A DNA stretch of 64,000 nt from the human T2T-CHM13v2.0 reference genome, Homo sapiens (GCF_009914755.1 NC_060928.1); one strand, 5' to 3'. Shown: positions 45,628 through 63,288, counted from the stretch's first letter. Made by a program: numbers and translations. The notes: a model not told the origin generated them from the sequence alone.

Positions 45628-46022
45628 TGCTATGGTCTGAATGTGTCCCCCTAAATTCATTTGTTAAAACTTTATGAAACTTGATGAAAGTATTAAGAGA
45701 TCAGGCGCTTAGGAGGTGATTAAACTGTGAGAGTGGAGCACTCATAGATGAGAGTAGGGCCCTTATAAAGGAGCTTCTGTTCTTCTGCCATATGAAGACT
45801 CAGTGTTTGTCCCATTGTTGCTGTTTCATCCCTTCTGCCATGTGAGGACACAGCAACAAGGTGCCTTCCTGGAAGCAGAAACATTGGGCCCTCACCAGAC
45901 ACCAAACCTGCCAGCACCCTGTTCTTGGCCTTACCAGCCTTCAGAAGTATAAGAAATACATTTCTGTTTTTTATAAGTTGCCCAGGTAGTGGTATTTCAT
46001 TATAGCAGCACAGACTAAGAAA
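45628..46022 (+). mobile_element. MaLR solo LTR (MSTD/MLT1A-like)
   Basis: tgctatggtctgaatgtgtcccc...atagcagcacagactaaga. TSD gtctc at 45623-45627 and 46023-46027. Confidence 0.88.
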
Positions 46023-46452
46023 GTCTCCATCCATTCTACATTCTAGGGAGGTCACATGAATAGCAGCATGATGTACTCAGTTGCAGAGAAGGAACAGCAT
46101 CTCACACAAAGAGCCAATGTGGCCAAGAGGCCTTGATGAGAGTCAAAGTAGATACAATAGCAATTTGTCTCTACAATCATCAAGACCACATGGAACAAGA
46201 TGTCTCACTAAGTGACAAAGTGGACAGATGCCAGTCAAGGACCCCTACATGACACCATAGCACTACATAAATATCTCATCCTCTTGCCACTGATTTAAAA
46301 ACTATCCAAGGAAAAGACAAGGGAAAACTACACAGGAGATTACCCTGAATCAGCTAAAATTAACAGAATTGGCTGAGGTTTAATTTCTGCCCCCTAGTAT
46401 AACGGAGTTCAAGCTAGAAAGTAAACTGAGTAACAGCTAAACTGATAAAAGC

Positions 46453-46453
<1 letters not shown>

Positions 46454-46486
<33 letters not shown>
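46454..46486. repeat. (ATT)n microsatellite
   Basis: About 11 tandem trinucleotide units. Confidence 0.9.
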
Positions 46487-47255
46487 GTATGCTGAGCTAT
46501 GGGCTGAATAACAGACTACTAAATTTACATGATTATATGTATTCCCCATGAGGCTACATTCTCTTCCCAAAAAAGAGCAGTCAATGTCTGTTATTCTTGC
46601 CTTTCCCTCCTCCGAATCTACTCGTTAAATGAATGAATAAGGCAGTGGTGAGGAAAGAGTGAAAATTGATAAATTAACTGGTATGGTAGGTACTATGCAT
46701 TTACGTATAACATCTCTTTTTTGTCATAATCTATAAGACATAGGTTTGTTTTGTCTTCACATTTCCCAAAATATGTAATACTAACCTGAACCTCTGTCTT
46801 GCAATTTTTGCTTAAAATTCTTAATGAAAACAATACCACAAGCTGCTTTAGTTTTCTTTTCAGGGAAGTATTTCTAGAGTCAATATTGTTCAGTCCCCTT
46901 ATTCACTTTGGTAAAAATATAAAAAGAAATTCAGAAAATTGTATTTTCTATGATACTTCCTTACTGTTTCAAGTTTAAATTAGAATCAGGGGACTTTTTA
47001 AAAGTTCTTTCAGCTACAATGTGCCAATTCTTTAGCCTATTACAGGAGGAGATTTCTCTTGTGCCTCGTTAGTAAGTAGCAAGGACTCTCAAAATGAGAA
47101 TATCGTGACTGCTCATTAAATGAGGTGTATGTTGTGTGGGTGTGTGGAGGAAAGGGAAGTTCACATACATGCACATAATAAAGATATAGGGTGCATGACA
47201 ACAGAATTATTTGAAAAAATATAAGAAAAATAAATGACTTTGAAACAATAAGTCA

Positions 47256-47816
<561 letters not shown>

Positions 47817-48941
47817 CTATCAATTGATTGCAAATCAGTAAGGCAAAAATGGTTTATTTAAATCAGTATTATTGAATCAGTCAAAGTTAATCACATCTCA
47901 ACCAATATGAAAGAGCAGCACCAGAAATGGCCCATTGTAAAGAAGGGCAAATTCGGAATCCTCCTAACTAACTCAAGATCAAATCATGACAAATGACTTT
48001 TATCCCTAATACTGCAATTTTAGGGTCTGATTAGAGGACCAAGTAAAAAAAGTGTTAGTGAAGCAGAGAAGTGACACCTAATTCACTGAGTAACTCAACT
48101 ACAGCAAGGCACTATCTCCAGATCATCAGTGCTGCAAGCATTTGCCCTTGGGATAGCACAAAGGTCAAATCTTCTTTTGAAAATGTGTACAGCAGAGGAT
48201 TCCTTAATGGGAAATATTATTTTGCTCTGAGTGAAGAAGAAAGTAATGTATGCTATTAAAAAGACATTTTTTAAATGGACATTTAGATTATATTTTAAAA
48301 TCTATATTTTTATAAACAGTGGAATTATACTATTTGCCAATCTAGCCCCAACCTCCTTTCCAGGATTATATACCTAGTCTGATCCTAGTTCTTCCTAAAC
48401 ACACTTTACCTGATTGGTTCATTTTTGTTCCTTTTGTCATATCTGGCCTTTTCATGCACCACCTAAAGATCATGTTTAACACCTGTTACAGATGTTTGTT
48501 GAAGGCCAACTTTCAGCTCCTCAAATTCCAATTCTTCCAGAAAGTCTCCTTAGAAAATGAGTTTAGCTTCAAAAGAACTCTCTTCTCCTGTGATGACCAG
48601 TTGGTATCACTTTAACCATATTTATCATATACATAATGTATAGCAATTTAGGGCTGCATCTCATCTCCCACAATAGATAGTAATCTATTAGAAAACAAGG
48701 GTGAACTCTTAATTTCCTTTGTTTAACCCATGATGCCTAGGCAGAGGACGTACATAGCTGAATAGTAATGTTGATGTTACTAATTGATCTGTCAGCATCA
48801 TTACAATCTAATTCACTTTCAAATTATTGAAACTTTTATTACTCTCTCTAAATTTAGCCGTAGGAGAAATCCAGTTGGGACAGTAAATTGTGAGGCACAA
48901 ACTTGGAGAATGGTAGGATGGTCATAAATTTGTTCGGTATA

Positions 48942-49332
48942 TGTCTTAGTCGATTTCTGCTTCTATGACAAAATACTACAGCCTGGGTAGTTTATAAATA
49001 AGAGAAATCTATTCTTCACCATCCTGGAGGCTGGGAAGTCCAAGATCACGGCACCAGCAGATCTGATGTTTGGTGAGGGTTTGCATCTACTTGCTGCATC
49101 CTCACATGGGTGAAATGAATGATTTCTGTGTCCTCATATGGCAGAGGACATAGAAGGACAAAAGAGACAAAGGTGCCCTTGCACCTCTTTCATAAGGTCA
49201 CTAATCCAATTTATGAGGCTCTGCCCTTATGAGTTAATCATCTTTAAAGTCCTCACCTCTTCAGACTATCACACTGGTAATTAAGTTGCAACCCAAAAAA
49301 TGTGAAAGTACACAGACCTTCTAACCACAGCA
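48942..49332 (-). mobile_element. MaLR solo LTR (MST/MLT1A-like)
   Basis: tgtcttagtc...ctggaggctgggaagtccaagatca...aaccacagca. Confidence 0.82.
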
Positions 49333-50348
49333 GAGGTTTAAAGGCTAGTTTGTGCTGTGTCCAAGTAATTGAAATGGTTTCCAGGGGGATCTGGATTGCA
49401 ATATTGCCTTTGCTGGCAATTAGCTGTATAATAATTGACAAGTTCCATATCACTGACAGTATCCCAAATTTTAATTTTCACATGAAATCACTAATTTATC
49501 ATTTTCATGTACAAGATGCCATACTAGGTCACTTAAATTAAAAGAATAATAAGGCACTATCCTTAAGCTAAAGGAGCTTGAAGAGTAATAAATGTATAAC
49601 TATATACATCAATAATCAACATCAAGTAAGTTAAGAGCATTGACATTAGCTCTTAATTAACTAGTGAAAAGTGCATGAGAACAGAGGGAAGAGAGTGATT
49701 TGCCTAAAAGGAGGGTTAATAAAGGCTTTACAGAGATGTTATGTACTAGTTCTGGATTCTTTTCTGACAGAGAAAAATGTGTGGTGGTAACACTTTCTAT
49801 GCAATGGAAATAGCACCTACAAATCCACAATGGTAGGAAACTGCCTGGGCTAATCAGGGACCGCATGTTGTCTGGAATTGTTTGAACCACAGGTATGAAG
49901 GGGAAAGATCAGAAATAGGGCCATAGGAACTCAATGAGTTTCCTGCATCTTGCTGAGAAGTTCAGACACTTAGTTTTAGATCATTAGCTTTCAAATGGTA
50001 CTTCTTGGAGTCTTAATGATCTTTGGAGGATCTCCAGGGCCACTGATAATTCAAGGATGTGAGCCAGGGCAAAAGGAAGTTAGAAGTGAAACTGATAGGG
50101 ATGGGTTTTTACTTAAACCATTTTCACTTTTCTTTTACCTGTCTTTACTTTGGGGGTCTGCAGAAAAATTGAATTTGACCACCAATCTTATTTTTAAAAG
50201 TATAAAGGATAAAAAAGTTCTGTTATAAAATATGAGGAATAATAGATGGAGCCCACACATGAATGAGATTGGATGTGTCCTATAGAAAGTGGCCTGGAAG
50301 GCAGTGATGGATTCTACAGAAACTGAAGTGATATTAAAACAAAGAGGT

Positions 50349-50740
<392 letters not shown>

Positions 50741-51769
50741 AAAACCGAAGGGGTTGGGATGAATACTCACTATTCTCTGACATGGTCTACTCTGTGCTCA
50801 GAGACTCAAAGTGATTTTCAGCATTTGTTTATCCTCTTTTTGGCCATTTTCACATGCCATTAATTCCTCTCCACTGCTGTTAATGTCCTTGTCTCTGCTG
50901 TGTGGCTGTCTAATTGTTGCAGCTGGAAAGTGCTTCAAAGAGAGGCCGGTACTCTGGCTAATTCTTACCCACCAGCCTACATTGGCTTATTCTCTAGGGC
51001 ATTCTAGGTCTCGCAACATTGATATGAAAAAGTTGCCAGGATTCTTCCTTATAGAACCCCTTTTAGTACAGGTTTCTGTGGCTCTAAGTGAATCTCCAGC
51101 CTGCAGATAGAAAGCAATTGTATAATTGATCCTGTAGAGAACCCTTCGGCGTCTCAAAATCTCTACCTGATATTTTCTTAGTTCTCACTCTAGGAACATA
51201 TGAATGCTCATATATTTGAATGCTAAAAGTTTTGGCAGCATATTTGAAGGAATACAACTTCACAGGATGAGTCATCAATCATTATTACATAATTACTACT
51301 TAACTATAGCAATGTCTTGCAAAAACTCTAAAAGCATCCACAGACCGCCTGGATCTAAACTTAGTCTTCACTATTCACTAGCTGAGTAATTTTGGTCAAG
51401 GTCCATGACTTTTTACACTTTTGGCATTCTTTGAAATTTATATGAGATAATCTATGTAACATAGTTTGTACAATGCCCAGTACAATTCGATGTTCAATAA
51501 AAATTAGCTACTTTATTATTATTTTCAGTTTCTCACATCATTATTATTTTCTTAACCCAACAATTCGCATTGTTTTACCTTTTGAATATAATGGTTTTCT
51601 GCTCATATTTTCTCCCTTGCATATTCATGAGGAAAAGGTTTTATGAAGTCTGTAACACAAAAACTTAATTCTTTTTTTTTTCTTGTAAGATTTTAATTAA
51701 GAAAACAACATACACACACACACATTAAACAATTCTATCTTACAGAATCTGCTCAGGAAACTCCTCTGT

Positions 51770-51865
51770 TACAGTGAGACTTTCTCACACTGAGAGATGT
51801 GTCCAGCAGGGTTGTCTTGTAAGGTAGTAAGCTCCCCATCATGATCAGTAATTAAGCACACGAGG
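51770..51865 (+). mobile_element. L3/CR1 3' relic
   Basis: actttctcacactgagagatgt...aggtagtaagctccccatca...ttaagca. Confidence 0.45.
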
Positions 51866-53450
51866 CTTGCACAGGCCAGGAAGTTTGAGCTCTTGGGGTC
51901 ATTTTAGGTGTGTCTTCCAGCATTTCAGAGGATCCAGATGAAGCGGGCATTCTTCATGAAAACCCTGTTGCACTGTGCCAGGAGGGGCCTTTTGGAACTG
52001 GCATCAGAGCTGGTACTGGATCTTCCTCTGGTCACCTTAGGCCTCTCCAGCCTTGGGGTCTGGAAACCTTTCAGGGACCATTGAGGCAGTATCTATAGCA
52101 GACAAACTTAATTCTTATTCAATGCCAGCGACCTTGCCTTACACAACGCTTCATGGCCTACACAGCTAGTTTTCTGTTTGATGACATTCCATATGCATGT
52201 ATGCTTAGTGTGTTAAGACTACCTTTTATACATCAGCTAAAATTAGGAGGCAAACCAACAAAGTTTTATACAATATCACATATTATGACAGTGGGAGAAG
52301 CATACTGGGCTACGCTATAAAAGCTCTGAATAAAAGTAATAGCAAGCGTTGTTGATAAGCATTGCAGTGACATTTAGGAAACTGGAATTCTATCTTAACT
52401 TTCAGTTTTCTGATTTATATAAAGAGTGGGCTTAAGACACTTAACAACTGTAAGTGCTAGTCCAGTCACAGGCCAATGAGAAGAAGAAAACAGAGATCAC
52501 AACATATGCTGGCATGTACTATGTGCAGGGTACCCTCTGATAGTGAATATTCCTTTAATTCTTACATCAATTCTGTGAGGTATTTCTTATTCCAAGTTTA
52601 TCCATCTGACAAATAGATCTGAGGCAAAGAGTGAAAATAAAGAGTGACGATAATTCAGAGTTAAAAATAACTCTCATAGAAAAGTAATAGAATTACAATT
52701 TAAAAACTCACCCAAGAATGAGTTCCAAATTTATATAATCATATTAAATTACATTGCAAATAAACTGGATATCTCATCAATAAAGTTGTATTACTGACTT
52801 TTATCTACACATGATAAAAGTAGACAAGTGCCTGGCACAGCATTTACAATATAATCACTCAGTGAGTGTTGAAAGAATGAATGAACCTATGACTAACTCT
52901 ATTGAACTCGGTACTTTTTTGTTATTTCATTATTTTAGGTGAACAGATGGATAAAGAGGAATTGGCAGGAAGGCAAGTTAGAGTCTCAAGATTACTGAAA
53001 ATCTCAGTAACAAGCTATGGCCAAAGAGGGAGGAAAGAAGAACCATTTTATGCCTAAATCCATTTGTTCTTGATTATTGGAATGCAGCCATGGTTTTGTT
53101 TCCAAGGCACAAATGTGTGTATGTAAAAGCTGAATCCAACTTGAATAAGGTTTTTAATAATGTGCTAGCATAAGGCATTATCCAGGCTCAGCATTCAGTC
53201 ATGGCTTCTGCTATCGACTTATCAAATCAAAGTAATTTTTGATATTTATTTCATAGAGCAAAACACCTCCATCATGAACTTGTAGAAGCATGTGAGCTAC
53301 AAATGATTATAATTTCTGACTTATCAGCATTAGTTGGTATTGAATGCCACTCTTTAGTCCCTAGTAAGGTTAGACAAATTTCAGAGAAAGGTTGCTAGAG
53401 ATCAAGGAACAACAGATATCAATAAACTTTAACAATCAATGTATAAATGT

Positions 53451-53792
53451 TGCTATGATCTGAATGTTGATGTCCCCCGCCCCAAATTCATATGTTAAAA
53501 TCCTAACCTCCAACTCGATGATATTAGAAGGTGGGGCCTTTAGAAAGTGATTAGGTAGGGGGCAAAGCCCTCATGAATAGGATTAGTGTCCTTATAAGAA
53601 GCTGGGGAGAGCTTGCTTGCCTCTTCTGCCATGTGAGGTAAGAGGAAGAAGATGGCAGTCTATGAGGAAGCAAACTGCTGGTGCTTTGGTCTTGGACTTT
53701 CCAGCCTCCTGACCGTGAGAAATAAATTTATGTTATTTATAAGCCCCCTGGTCTATGGTATTTTGCCGTAGCCTCACAAGCAGACTAAGACA
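53451..53792 (+). mobile_element. MLT1A0-like solo LTR
   Basis: tgctatgatctgaatgtt...cagactaagaca. TSD aatgt/aatgg. Confidence 0.88.
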
Positions 53793-54419
53793 AATGGTTA
53801 AGTTGAAAAAAAAATACCCTACTCTGAGACTCAGACTTAAGAGTGACAAAATAAGAAATAGATGGATTTTTTAGATGTCAGCATGAGGAAATAAATAAAT
53901 AAACAGATAAATAAATAAAATCCTGAGTTTAAATTCCAGTTCCATCATTTCCTAGCTGTGTGACATTGAATAAGTCATTTGTTATTAATTTCCCCAACTC
54001 CAAGATGGGAATGGTAATACCTACATCAAAATGTCATTGTAGGAATTAAATAAATTAAAATATAGTTAAAGCACTTACAATAAAAGCATGTTACAGAAAA
54101 TAATGGTTGTTGTTATTTCTATTTTTCTAATTATTATGAAAATTCTGTCCACTTCATATTACCCACTGCTTTGTGGATCAAGTATAAGCACTTATTCTGG
54201 GAGTAGAGTGTCATGTTGATTTAATTAAATATGGCTAGTTTTCAACTACCGTGGGATTGAGATACAAGTTCCAGGTTTGGAGGACTTTTTGATTCTCATT
54301 CTATTCCAGAAAGCCTCTTTAAAAAGGTTAATTTCTCCTTTATATTCCACAGAAAGGTAGTCAGATAACAGAGATGAAACAGATGTCAAACCAATCCTTT
54401 ATTAATTAATTACATAATT

Positions 54420-55490
54420 AATTTTAAAAATAAACTTATTTTTTGAGCAGTTATATTAATAGGCTCATAGCAAAATTGAGCAGAAAACACAGATTTCCCA
54501 TAAAGCACTTGCCTCTACACATGCATAGCTTCTTCCATTATCAACATCCCATACTAGAGTAGCACATTTGTTATAATTGATAAACCTACATTGATATGGC
54601 TTTATCACTGAAATCCACCATTTACATTAGAGTTCACTGTTGGTGGTGTACCTTCTATGAGTTTTGACATTAGAGTTCACTCTTTGGTTCTACCTTCTAT
54701 AAGTTTTTTAGGACAGTGTCCTAAAAACCCTCTGTATTTGGTCTATTCGTCCCTCCTTCTCTCCAGCCCCTGGCAATCACTGATCTTTTCATTGTCTACA
54801 CAGTTCTGCCTTTTCCAGAATGTCATGTATGTAGTTGGAATCATGTAGAATAGAGCTTTTTCAGAATAATATCCCATTATCAGCATGTATCACAATTTAT
54901 TTATCCACTCACCTATTGAAGGACATACTTGTTGCTTCCAAGTATTGGCAATGAATAAAGCTGCTGTATAAATATCATCTGCAGGTTATTGTATGGACAT
55001 GTTTTGAACTCCTTTACATAAGTACCAAGGAGTGTTATTGATTGCTGGATTGCATGGTAAAAGTATATTTAGTTTGGAAAGAAATTGCTAAGCTGTCTTT
55101 CTATGTTGCTGCACCAGTGTTCATTCTCACCAGCAATGAATGAGAGTTCCTGAAGTTGCTCCATATTCTCATTAGCATTGGTGTTAACCAGTGTTTTGGA
55201 TATTGGCTATTCTAATCGGTTGTAGTGGTAGTTTACCGCTGTTTAATTATTTACAATTCTCTAATGATATATAGTGTTGAGCATCTTTTCATGTGCTTAT
55301 TTGACATCTGTGTATCTTCTTTGGTGAGGCGGTTGTTCAAGTCTTTTTCCCATTTTTAAATCATGTTGTTTGTTTCCTTATTGTTGAATTTTAAGAGTTC
55401 TTTGTATATTTTGGATAATAGTTCTTTACCAAATGTCTTTTGCAAATATTTTCTACTAGTCTGTGGCTTGTCTTCTCATTCTCTTAATCT
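54420..55490 (-). mobile_element. L1MC1/2-type 3' portion
   Basis: tttttgagcagtt...gcaaaattgagcagaaa...ccccataaa...ttttccagaatgtcat. Confidence 0.8.
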
Positions 55491-58400
55491 TTTGTTAAGT
55501 TTTAATAGCTCGAGTAGTGTTGGCAGAGGTAAAACACTGGTACTAAGAACCCAGGAGTTTATTAAGCAGAATGAACTTTAATTTGGAGATTGTTTTCACA
55601 AATTCATTTAAAATATCAATGGTTTTTAGGAATTGCCTCTCTCCTAAAAAAAAAATTCTGCTAAACATTTTGATGAAGAGGAAAATCTAGTCAGCTGCAT
55701 TCTGGCTCAATTAACTTTATCACCATTCATAAAATACTTATTTTATGAAAGACGTTCTATGTAGCCATTTAGGATTTAAATATTCTTAGTCATGTACATG
55801 AATAAAACTTGATTGGGTATAGAATTGTTGGATCACAAATTTTTCTTTCAGTACTCTTCAGAGTTTAATACTTTCCTTCTTGAATTTAGCATTCATGAAA
55901 ATCATGCAATTAACCATATTATTACATCATTTTTATCTGCCTGGATGAAGGGATATTTATCCCTTAAATAACAACAGAAGACAAGATGTAGGATGGATTT
56001 AGACATTAATCTCTTCCATTGATTTTGCTTTGTGAATGGTAAGAAATTTTGATCAGTAGACTAGGATATTTTGATTTTAATAGTTGCTACTTTTTCATTT
56101 GTTCTGTTTTTTCTCTTCAGAAATGCCCATCATACCTATATCTTTTTTTCTCCACCCTTATCATAATTCTCATAGTTTTCTTCTTTATTTTTGCCTCAAT
56201 GTGATATGCATCACTGACTTGGATTTCTAGATGCCATTTTGTTTTTTACCACCACTGCAAGTTTTACTTCTTGATATTTCATTTTATTTCATTATTTTAT
56301 TTTTCTCTTTAAGTTTTCTCCTCCCATCTCTGTCTGTTTCTCTTTCTTTTAATCATCTATCTGTTAGTTTGGAGTCCAAGTTTACTTTAAATGTTTTCCA
56401 AAATTTTGTTTGTTTTTAAATAATATATACTTTAAAACTGTGTCTTTTCTTTTGCATAGTTGAGACCACAATTCCTTAAGATATTGCTAGTCAATTATTT
56501 GCAGACCTATGCAAGATTATGTCCATTTAAAAATTCTTGTCAGAAAGACCTACTCTTATCCAATGTTTGGAAATAGGGTAAACACAGTGCTCTAGAGCCC
56601 TTCACTATCCATTTAAGTTCAAGCAGAATCCATCTCTCCATACCCACCTTTGAATCTTGTATCTTCATAGATGCCCATTTCTGAGCCAAATCACCAATGT
56701 AGACCAGTCTTTCTACTCAGGATCTAAACCATACCAGAAAATTCCATGAAGACTCTTTTTCATCTCTCTACATGTGCAACCTCATAAACTATTTTAGACA
56801 AGACTGGGCAGGGTGGTATGCCCGTAGAACTCATAAACCACTTTAAAGTAAATAATGAGTTCTAAATGGCAGTTACAAGATGCTAACTGTTGTTGTTGGG
56901 TCAGTTATTTAACCTATTGAAATCCCAATTTTCTTCTTTCTAAAATGCGGATAATAATTTTTGTGCTAGGGGCTGGTTAAGTAATTTAAGTGAGTTCATA
57001 TTTGTAAAGCATTTATCCCAGAGTCTGGTACAGAATATGCACTCAAAAATCATTCACTATTTATCATACATATTATTTTACAACATTTAGTTTCGCAACT
57101 TACAGAAAGATCATGGATTTCAATACACGCTCCCTCTTGAATTTTATAATTATAAAAATATCTACATTATATGTTGTTAAATATAGCTATAATGAACATT
57201 CTTGCTGCATCTATTTCACATGATAAGCTACCACTGATGGAAAAATGGATAATGCAAATGATATTGGTACAATAAAATTAGAGAGTACAAAATCAAGTTA
57301 AAATATATAAAGTTATTCAGAAGAACTTAAAAACATAATTTAATATATTAGTTTCAGATCACGATTTTACATATAAATTAAGGACAAGAAAAATTGTGCC
57401 TAGATCCATATTCAGTGAAAAAAGTCCACTGCATAGATCAGGTCTGATGTAGTGTATTTCACATCCAAGATGACATATAATAGTATTTTAAAGTCCCATT
57501 ACTTGTTAGGCTGTAAGTCATAGATACATTTACTCTGCAGTGAAAGAAATGTGTTTTTTAATGGCATGTTGAATTAATTCATAGTGCTGGTTGACTTAGC
57601 AATATGACTAAATATGTTTGTGTATCATCCCAATTTTATGGGCTAAGTCTGCCCATAAATTTAAACTTCAATGTCTTTCTTAGAGATTTAATACGCTTCT
57701 TTGCTAGAGCAGATACTTGGAGAATACATAATAAACATCCACGCTCTAGTTTCTCATAACTATGTGAAGAGCACTGTGCTAGACCACTTTTACTACATTC
57801 TATGACAAAAAATCATGGGGAAGTAAGGCTTATAATCTATTTTTAATTCAATTTCAGTTGTGATTTCAACCTACCTGATACATATCAGCAAAAATTGTAG
57901 GACGGCTGTCTCTTCAAAGAAAAAAATAAAGTTAAACCCAACATAAGAAATAAATAAAAGGAGAACTATTTTGATGACCTCTGAGTAGACAATTTCAGAA
58001 TCCTTTTCTGCTTGCCTCACCCAGAAAGCCCAGAGAGAGCTATGCAGAGGAGCTGAAATACAAATTCGTGTTTCTCAATTGAAAATGGGGCAAAGAAAAT
58101 CACAGAATGCCATTTCCCACTACGATTCTATGTCTCTGGAGTAATTTCAGCTAACATTTATTCAATATCTATTAAAAAATATAATTTACTTACTCTCTAA
58201 TAATACAAACTCTTTTATCTTTTTTCTTCTTATTAAAAAAACTCATAAAAAGATCATATGTCACTGGTAGACATTAAAATATATTAGTCTTATTTATTTC
58301 TTTAGGTAGTTTTTAAAGTTTTCCAATTTTACTGTTGGTGATTTGATTTATTATTTTAAGTCAATTCATGCTAGTTTAATTCATTTAGTAATTCTCACAA

Positions 58401-59319
58401 TTTTTTAACCCGTTAAACTATTGGGCAGGCATTCACTTTTCATTACCAAATTTTCCTTATTCTTTCTAGCACAAAAAACTTAAAAGAAGATTCGATGTAC
58501 TTATGACCTGATGAATTGCAACCCAGGGCTGAAATATATATGCTGTTTGATACATCAGCTCCAAAAGGTACCAATTATGTTATAAACTATGTACAAACAG
58601 AAATGGCAACTTGGCAGCCTCATTTTTCTGTTTTTGTTTGTTTGTCTCTTTGTTACTAGTAATACTGCCTATCTGGAAGGCAGGGAGCCCTCTCTAACCT
58701 GTCTCCATATGACTTGTAGTGCATATTCTCTTTTTGTTTGAGCATGTAGTGAGCCACTCAAATGTCCTTTGGCATGGCTGCAGGACATGCTTTTAATTCT
58801 TTTTTCAAAAGAAAACAGACAAAAAAAAAACCAGACAAATATAGGGTTTAACATAAGTAGAATATCTCAATGAAAAGAATTTGTTACACTAATTTAATGC
58901 CAATATACAATTGGGAGATATGATATCCTTTGAGTTTTAGGGTCAATATGAGAAGAGGAATGGAAGAGGACCTCAAACACAATGGTGTGGAGGACAGTGA
59001 TTCTAAGGTAACCAACAGTGGTGATGGTACCAGTAATGAAGGAAGAATAATAACTGTAGCTGCCTAGAGGAAACATTTTAAAAAATCACAGCAAAGAAAA
59101 GAACATGCAATTGTATTCTAAGTAACAAAGCCAGGTGAGAAGTAAGAATCAAAAAAATGAGATTGTCATTCAAATCCTTGACTGTCTTTAAATTATGTGT
59201 ATTCTATGATGAAAGATGACTAACTTGAGTCTATATTAACACACAATTATACGCATACCAATTTACCATATTCCCCATGAATATAAAGATCCCTGAAAAA
59301 TCTAAGCAAATGTAATTCA

Positions 59320-60057
<738 letters not shown>

Positions 60058-62908
60058 TAAATGGAGTTTATCCCAGGGATGCAAGCCTGGATTAATATTT
60101 GAAAATTTATCAGTGTAGTTCACTATATTAATGGCTAAGAAGAAAATATTACTACTGACCTGATGCATGATAATTATATATGATCATATCAATGAATGCA
60201 GAAAAAAGATCTGAGAAAATTTACCACTCATTCATTTAATTATGACCTGAGGAAAAAAACCTTAATGACAATATCGCAATATAATCATAATTATAATATG
60301 ATTATATTTGCAAAGGACTATTATCCAGAAAATATAAAGAACTTACTCATCTTAACAGTAAGAATTAAAGAACACAATTAGAAAATGGAAAGAAGACATG
60401 ACCAGACAATTTACTGAAGAGGATATACAGATATCAAATAAGCAAATGTAAAGGCATTTGATATCATCAGAAAAGTGAAAACTCAAACCATTGAATTCTC
60501 ATTACACACATATCAGTTTGACTAAAATAAGAAATAGTGACAGAAGCAAATGGTGGTCAGGATCTGGAGAAACTGGATCACTCATGCATTGCTGGTAGGA
60601 ATGTAAATGGTACAGCTCCTCTGGAAAACAGTTGGCAATTTCTTAATAAACTAAACATACAACTACCATATGATTTAGCAATTATGCTCTTGGGAATTTA
60701 TCCCAGAGAAATTAAGACTTATGTTCATGCAAAAACCTGTATGCATATGTTTAGCTTTATGCAACCCAGATGTCCTTCAGCAGGTGAAAGTTTGAAAACA
60801 CAGTAGTATATCCATATGGAATACTTACTCAGCAGAAAAAGAAAGAAACAAACTATTTGATATACTCAACAACTTGGATGAGTCTCGAAAGAATTATGCT
60901 GAGTGAAAAATGCCAATATCGAAAGGTTACATACTGCATGAGTCCATTTATATAACTTTCTTAAAATGACAATATACAGGAATGAAAACGTATTAGTGAC
61001 TTTCAGGGGTTAATAATGGAAAAGGGGTGTGGGAGGGAAGTGGTTGTGGTTATTAAAAGGTGACTGGAAGAATACTTGGGTGATGAGATTGTTCTGTATC
61101 TTGACTACATTAGTATCAATGTCAGTATCCTGGTTGTGATATTATACTACAGTTTTGCAGGATGTCACCACTTTGAGAATCTAGGCATAGGGTACACAGT
61201 ATCTCTCTGTATGATTTATTACAACTTCATGTAAATGTGTAATCACTTCCAAATGAAAAGCTTAATTTTAAAAAGCTTACCAGTTACTAGTTGCATGCCA
61301 GGAATATATTTTATGCATAATTTATTTATTTTAAAAATGATTTTGGCATCAAAAATTTTTATATAGTTTGGAAAACTTTGGAGCCCTTACATAAATTAGA
61401 AGCTTTGAAACTGTGCTTGTGAAAATATTCCTCCTCCTTTTTTTCACCCACCAAGAAAATGTGATGATAGTTTGAGAATGGACTACAGACAATATCCCAA
61501 TTTTGTATCCTTTTGTTTTATGTATAAAATATAAAATTAAGGTGTTGCAAACAAACTTAAGAGAGTTTGGCCTTCACAACACACATTATTTTTGGCAGAT
61601 AATGACAAACCCCCAAAGATGTTTAAGGAAAGGATTAGCTTCTTCCTCCAAACCTCATTCCAGGTATAACAGCAAGGTACAAGAGCAAATGCATCAATCA
61701 CTAAGCCATTTAATACACAAAATGCATCAATCACAAAGCCATGTATTACACATTTTATTGGTAAGCAAACATTCAACCTGGTCATTCAACCTGTTCTGTG
61801 AGTTCAGTGAAGTCTTAACACACACACACTCTCTCTCTCTCTTTCTCTCTCTGTGTCTTCCTTTTTAGGTCTTCTAATGATGGATTATATAGAATTGTTC
61901 AATTGGGGCAAACCCAATAACATTCTACAGGCAGGATTTTAAATTCCTTAATTGGTAATCATGCTATTAGAAAGCCTCCTAAACCAATGTTGGTCACGGA
62001 CCCAATTAAGGATCAAACCTCCTTAAAAATCCAGGTTATAGACCTCACTGTTTTTAAAAACAATATGTTTATTAAAGGGTTTGTAGTATCTCCATACTAT
62101 CTTAGTTAATCTACCTATCTTGAATATTTTTAATTTTACTAATGCAATTTTTAATTTCAGTATGTCAATTAGCTAAATGTCAGTTGCAGATCAAGAGACA
62201 TATAGAAGAATTTATAGTTGCTGCTTCTAAAAGGTAACATATTACAGATCTTTTTCCATAGGATACTTATTGATGTCAACAAATATAAAGGCAGGAGAAA
62301 TGATACTCTTAACATGCAAATATGTACTCATATAAATTCCATATTGTAATGAGGAAAAGGATCTATATGAGACGTTCTACAAAATAGCATTTTATTGATG
62401 CCAATAGGAAAGAGTATATTTTATATTCAATTATGAAATATTAAAAGGAACAAAAAGGGTAGATAAGGGATTGGAATGCATGAAGTCATAAATCAGTGAT
62501 TCAGATTTGGTGCTGGGGGAAGAGTCCTTTCAAAACAAAGAGATTCTTAAATACAGTGACAAAGACAAAAGAATCCTGAATGTTAGAACTGGGGAAAAAT
62601 AGGAAACAAAAGGTTAAGAATAGTAGATTTAAGGCTGTACAAAGTCACTGCAAACTTTCTAAAGCAAGAGTCCAGAGGGATAGCCACTTGAGGGATGGTG
62701 GATGTAGCTGCAAAGATAATCCTTATTTATAGGCGCTGAAAAAAGCTAAATCTAGGACCAGAAAAAATACTCAATCTGAGACTAGAAAGGTACAAAGTAA
62801 TGATGTTGGCCTTGTACCAGGGGTTGGAAGCAATAAGCCCTCTTGGAAAAAAAGGCTGTAATTCTGAGAGTCAAATATTAGCAATTTAATGGGTAAATAA
62901 GAAAACGA

Positions 62909-63288
<380 letters not shown>

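Noticed and set aside
61818-61960. Possible acceptor after the (CA)(CT) microsatellite (cctttttag at ~61860-61868)
   Set aside because: The pyrimidine tract is a simple repeat and no strong donor follows.
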